This document shows, one piece after another, positions 62,616 to 64,000 of a stretch of 64,000 bases of DNA. The position numbers were made by a program, and so were the translations under genes. This DNA comes from Mytilus trossulus (lineage: Eukaryota). The DNA is taken from the NCBI RefSeq assembly GCF_036588685.1, contig NC_086382.1:73470001-73534000 (forward strand). The letters are read 5' to 3'. Each line of letters starts with the position of its first letter. Position 1 is the first letter of the stretch. Below the pieces are notes generated by a model, which saw only the letters and a program-made list of their open reading frames with translations, had not been told where the DNA came from and did no database searches.

Positions 62616-62898
62616 CCAGAGAGCATACAATAGAGCTAGAGAGCATACAATAGAGCTAGAGAGCATACAATAGAGCCAGAGAGCATACAATAGAGCTAGA
62701 GAGCATACAATAGAGCTAGAGAGCATACAATAGAGCTAGAGAGCATACAATAGAGCCAGAGAGCATACAATAGAGCTAGAGAGCATACAATAGAGCTAGA
62801 GAGCATACAATAGAGCTAGAGAGCATACAATAGAGCCAGAGAGCATACAATAGAGCTAGAGAGCATACAATAGAGCCAGAGAGCATACAATAGAGCCA
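62616..62898. repeat. 20-bp minisatellite, 14 copies
   Basis: GAGCATACAATAGAGC(T/C)AGA repeated 14 times. Confidence 0.97.
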
Positions 62899-64000
62899 TT
62901 CCATTCCAATATGCCACATTACAAAAGTAGTACACAAAACTTGCGATTTCTTAACAAAAATCAACTACTAACATTCTTTTTTGTCCACACATATACACGT
63001 ATTAATTATCTGTTAAAATCTGTTTTATTTGGTCTCTTGCGGAGAGTTGTCTCATTGGCAATCATACCACACCTTCTTTTTTTTTATATTATTTGACCAC
63101 TTTTAGAGTGTCATTACTTGTATTTTATATCTTCTCCGTTTCCTCTGTCAAGTCGTAGCTTAGTTTCCTGAAAAGGCAAGTGGGAGTTTTTGAAATTATT
63201 TGACAATTTATATACTATGTCCCGTTGTCGACTTTTTCGTCATGCCTACACATCTACAAAAAAGTCTTGTAACCTTCTGATACATGTGATCTTAGTGTCG
63301 GATTATTTGTGTTAATTAGTATTGAATTACATCACATGTTAGCGGTAATGTTGCGTTGAATGACAGACAGGCTCTTGAGATCAATATCCGTTAGTGAAGC
63401 ACGCATCTAAATAGATAACCATCTGGAAAATATAACATATTCTCCTCTCTTTCATTGCACTTCTATGTTGATTTTGACATCTGTAGACTCTTATTCGCCA
63501 AGGAAAGACATTGTACAATGTACGTTATACAAACCATTATGTTTTTTATTTGTCCAATTCATTCATCACAGGTGTTGTGAAAAATAATAACGTTAGATCT
63601 AAAGCTAGAAATCATCAAAGTGCTATTTCTTACATTTGTACAATAAGTTTGTATGTATTATACGATGCATTACTTGTTCAACCGTACGGTTCTATATCCT
63701 AGTGTAAATTGTCTTACCAGTCTTAGTTACACCTACGGGCAAAAATTAATCGATAGGCTTGTTTTTCATTTTTATTTTGTTTTTGTAAAATATTTTCAAA
63801 AAATAAGCTATCGTTTGTCAAACATTGTATGCTCTATAGGTATCAAAGAAAAGTTTAGAATAATGTATATGCTGATAACATATAGGTAAATTGATAAAAC
63901 CGTTTCACTAGTGATGACTATTAAAACCATTCTTATCTTTAATAAGAACTGATTGCTTCTTTTTTCATAATTTTATTGGGTTGTAAAAGCGTTATCCGAA

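Noticed and set aside
62616-62898. Regular repeats resembling a CRISPR array, and ORF 62776-62964
   Set aside because: There are no unique spacers, the context is eukaryotic, and the ORF is just the translated minisatellite.

Overview
AT-rich, intron-rich animal genomic DNA, most likely a bivalve mollusc; the repeat families look like those of Mytilus, which is an inference. Six protein-coding genes were reconstructed by hand from splice sites: the 5' part of DENND5 (-), complete HINT2 with a mitochondrial presequence (+), complete V-ATPase subunit E (ATP6V1E, 226 aa, -), a complete ~842-aa Bcl-rambo/BCL2L13-type Bcl-2 family gene (+), a complete classical short-chain dehydrogenase/reductase (260 aa, -), and the first coding exon of a RERG/RASL-type small GTPase (+). 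DENND5/HINT2 and ATP6V1E/BCL2L13 are head-to-head pairs. The most notable signal is the ATP6V1E-BCL2L13 pair. It matches the vertebrate ATP6V1E1-BCL2L13-BID locus, and the mollusc protein adds BID-like features (an ELETD caspase-8-type site in a long loop upstream of a LARIGDEI BH3) to the Bcl-rambo architecture. Introns and intergenic DNA carry Penelope-like RT fragments, minimal hammerhead ribozyme repeats, two decayed Ginger-type transposons, Helentron-derived HINEs, many MITEs, a tRNA-derived tandem array and a 20-bp minisatellite. All homology calls are from recognition of sequence motifs; no database search was run.
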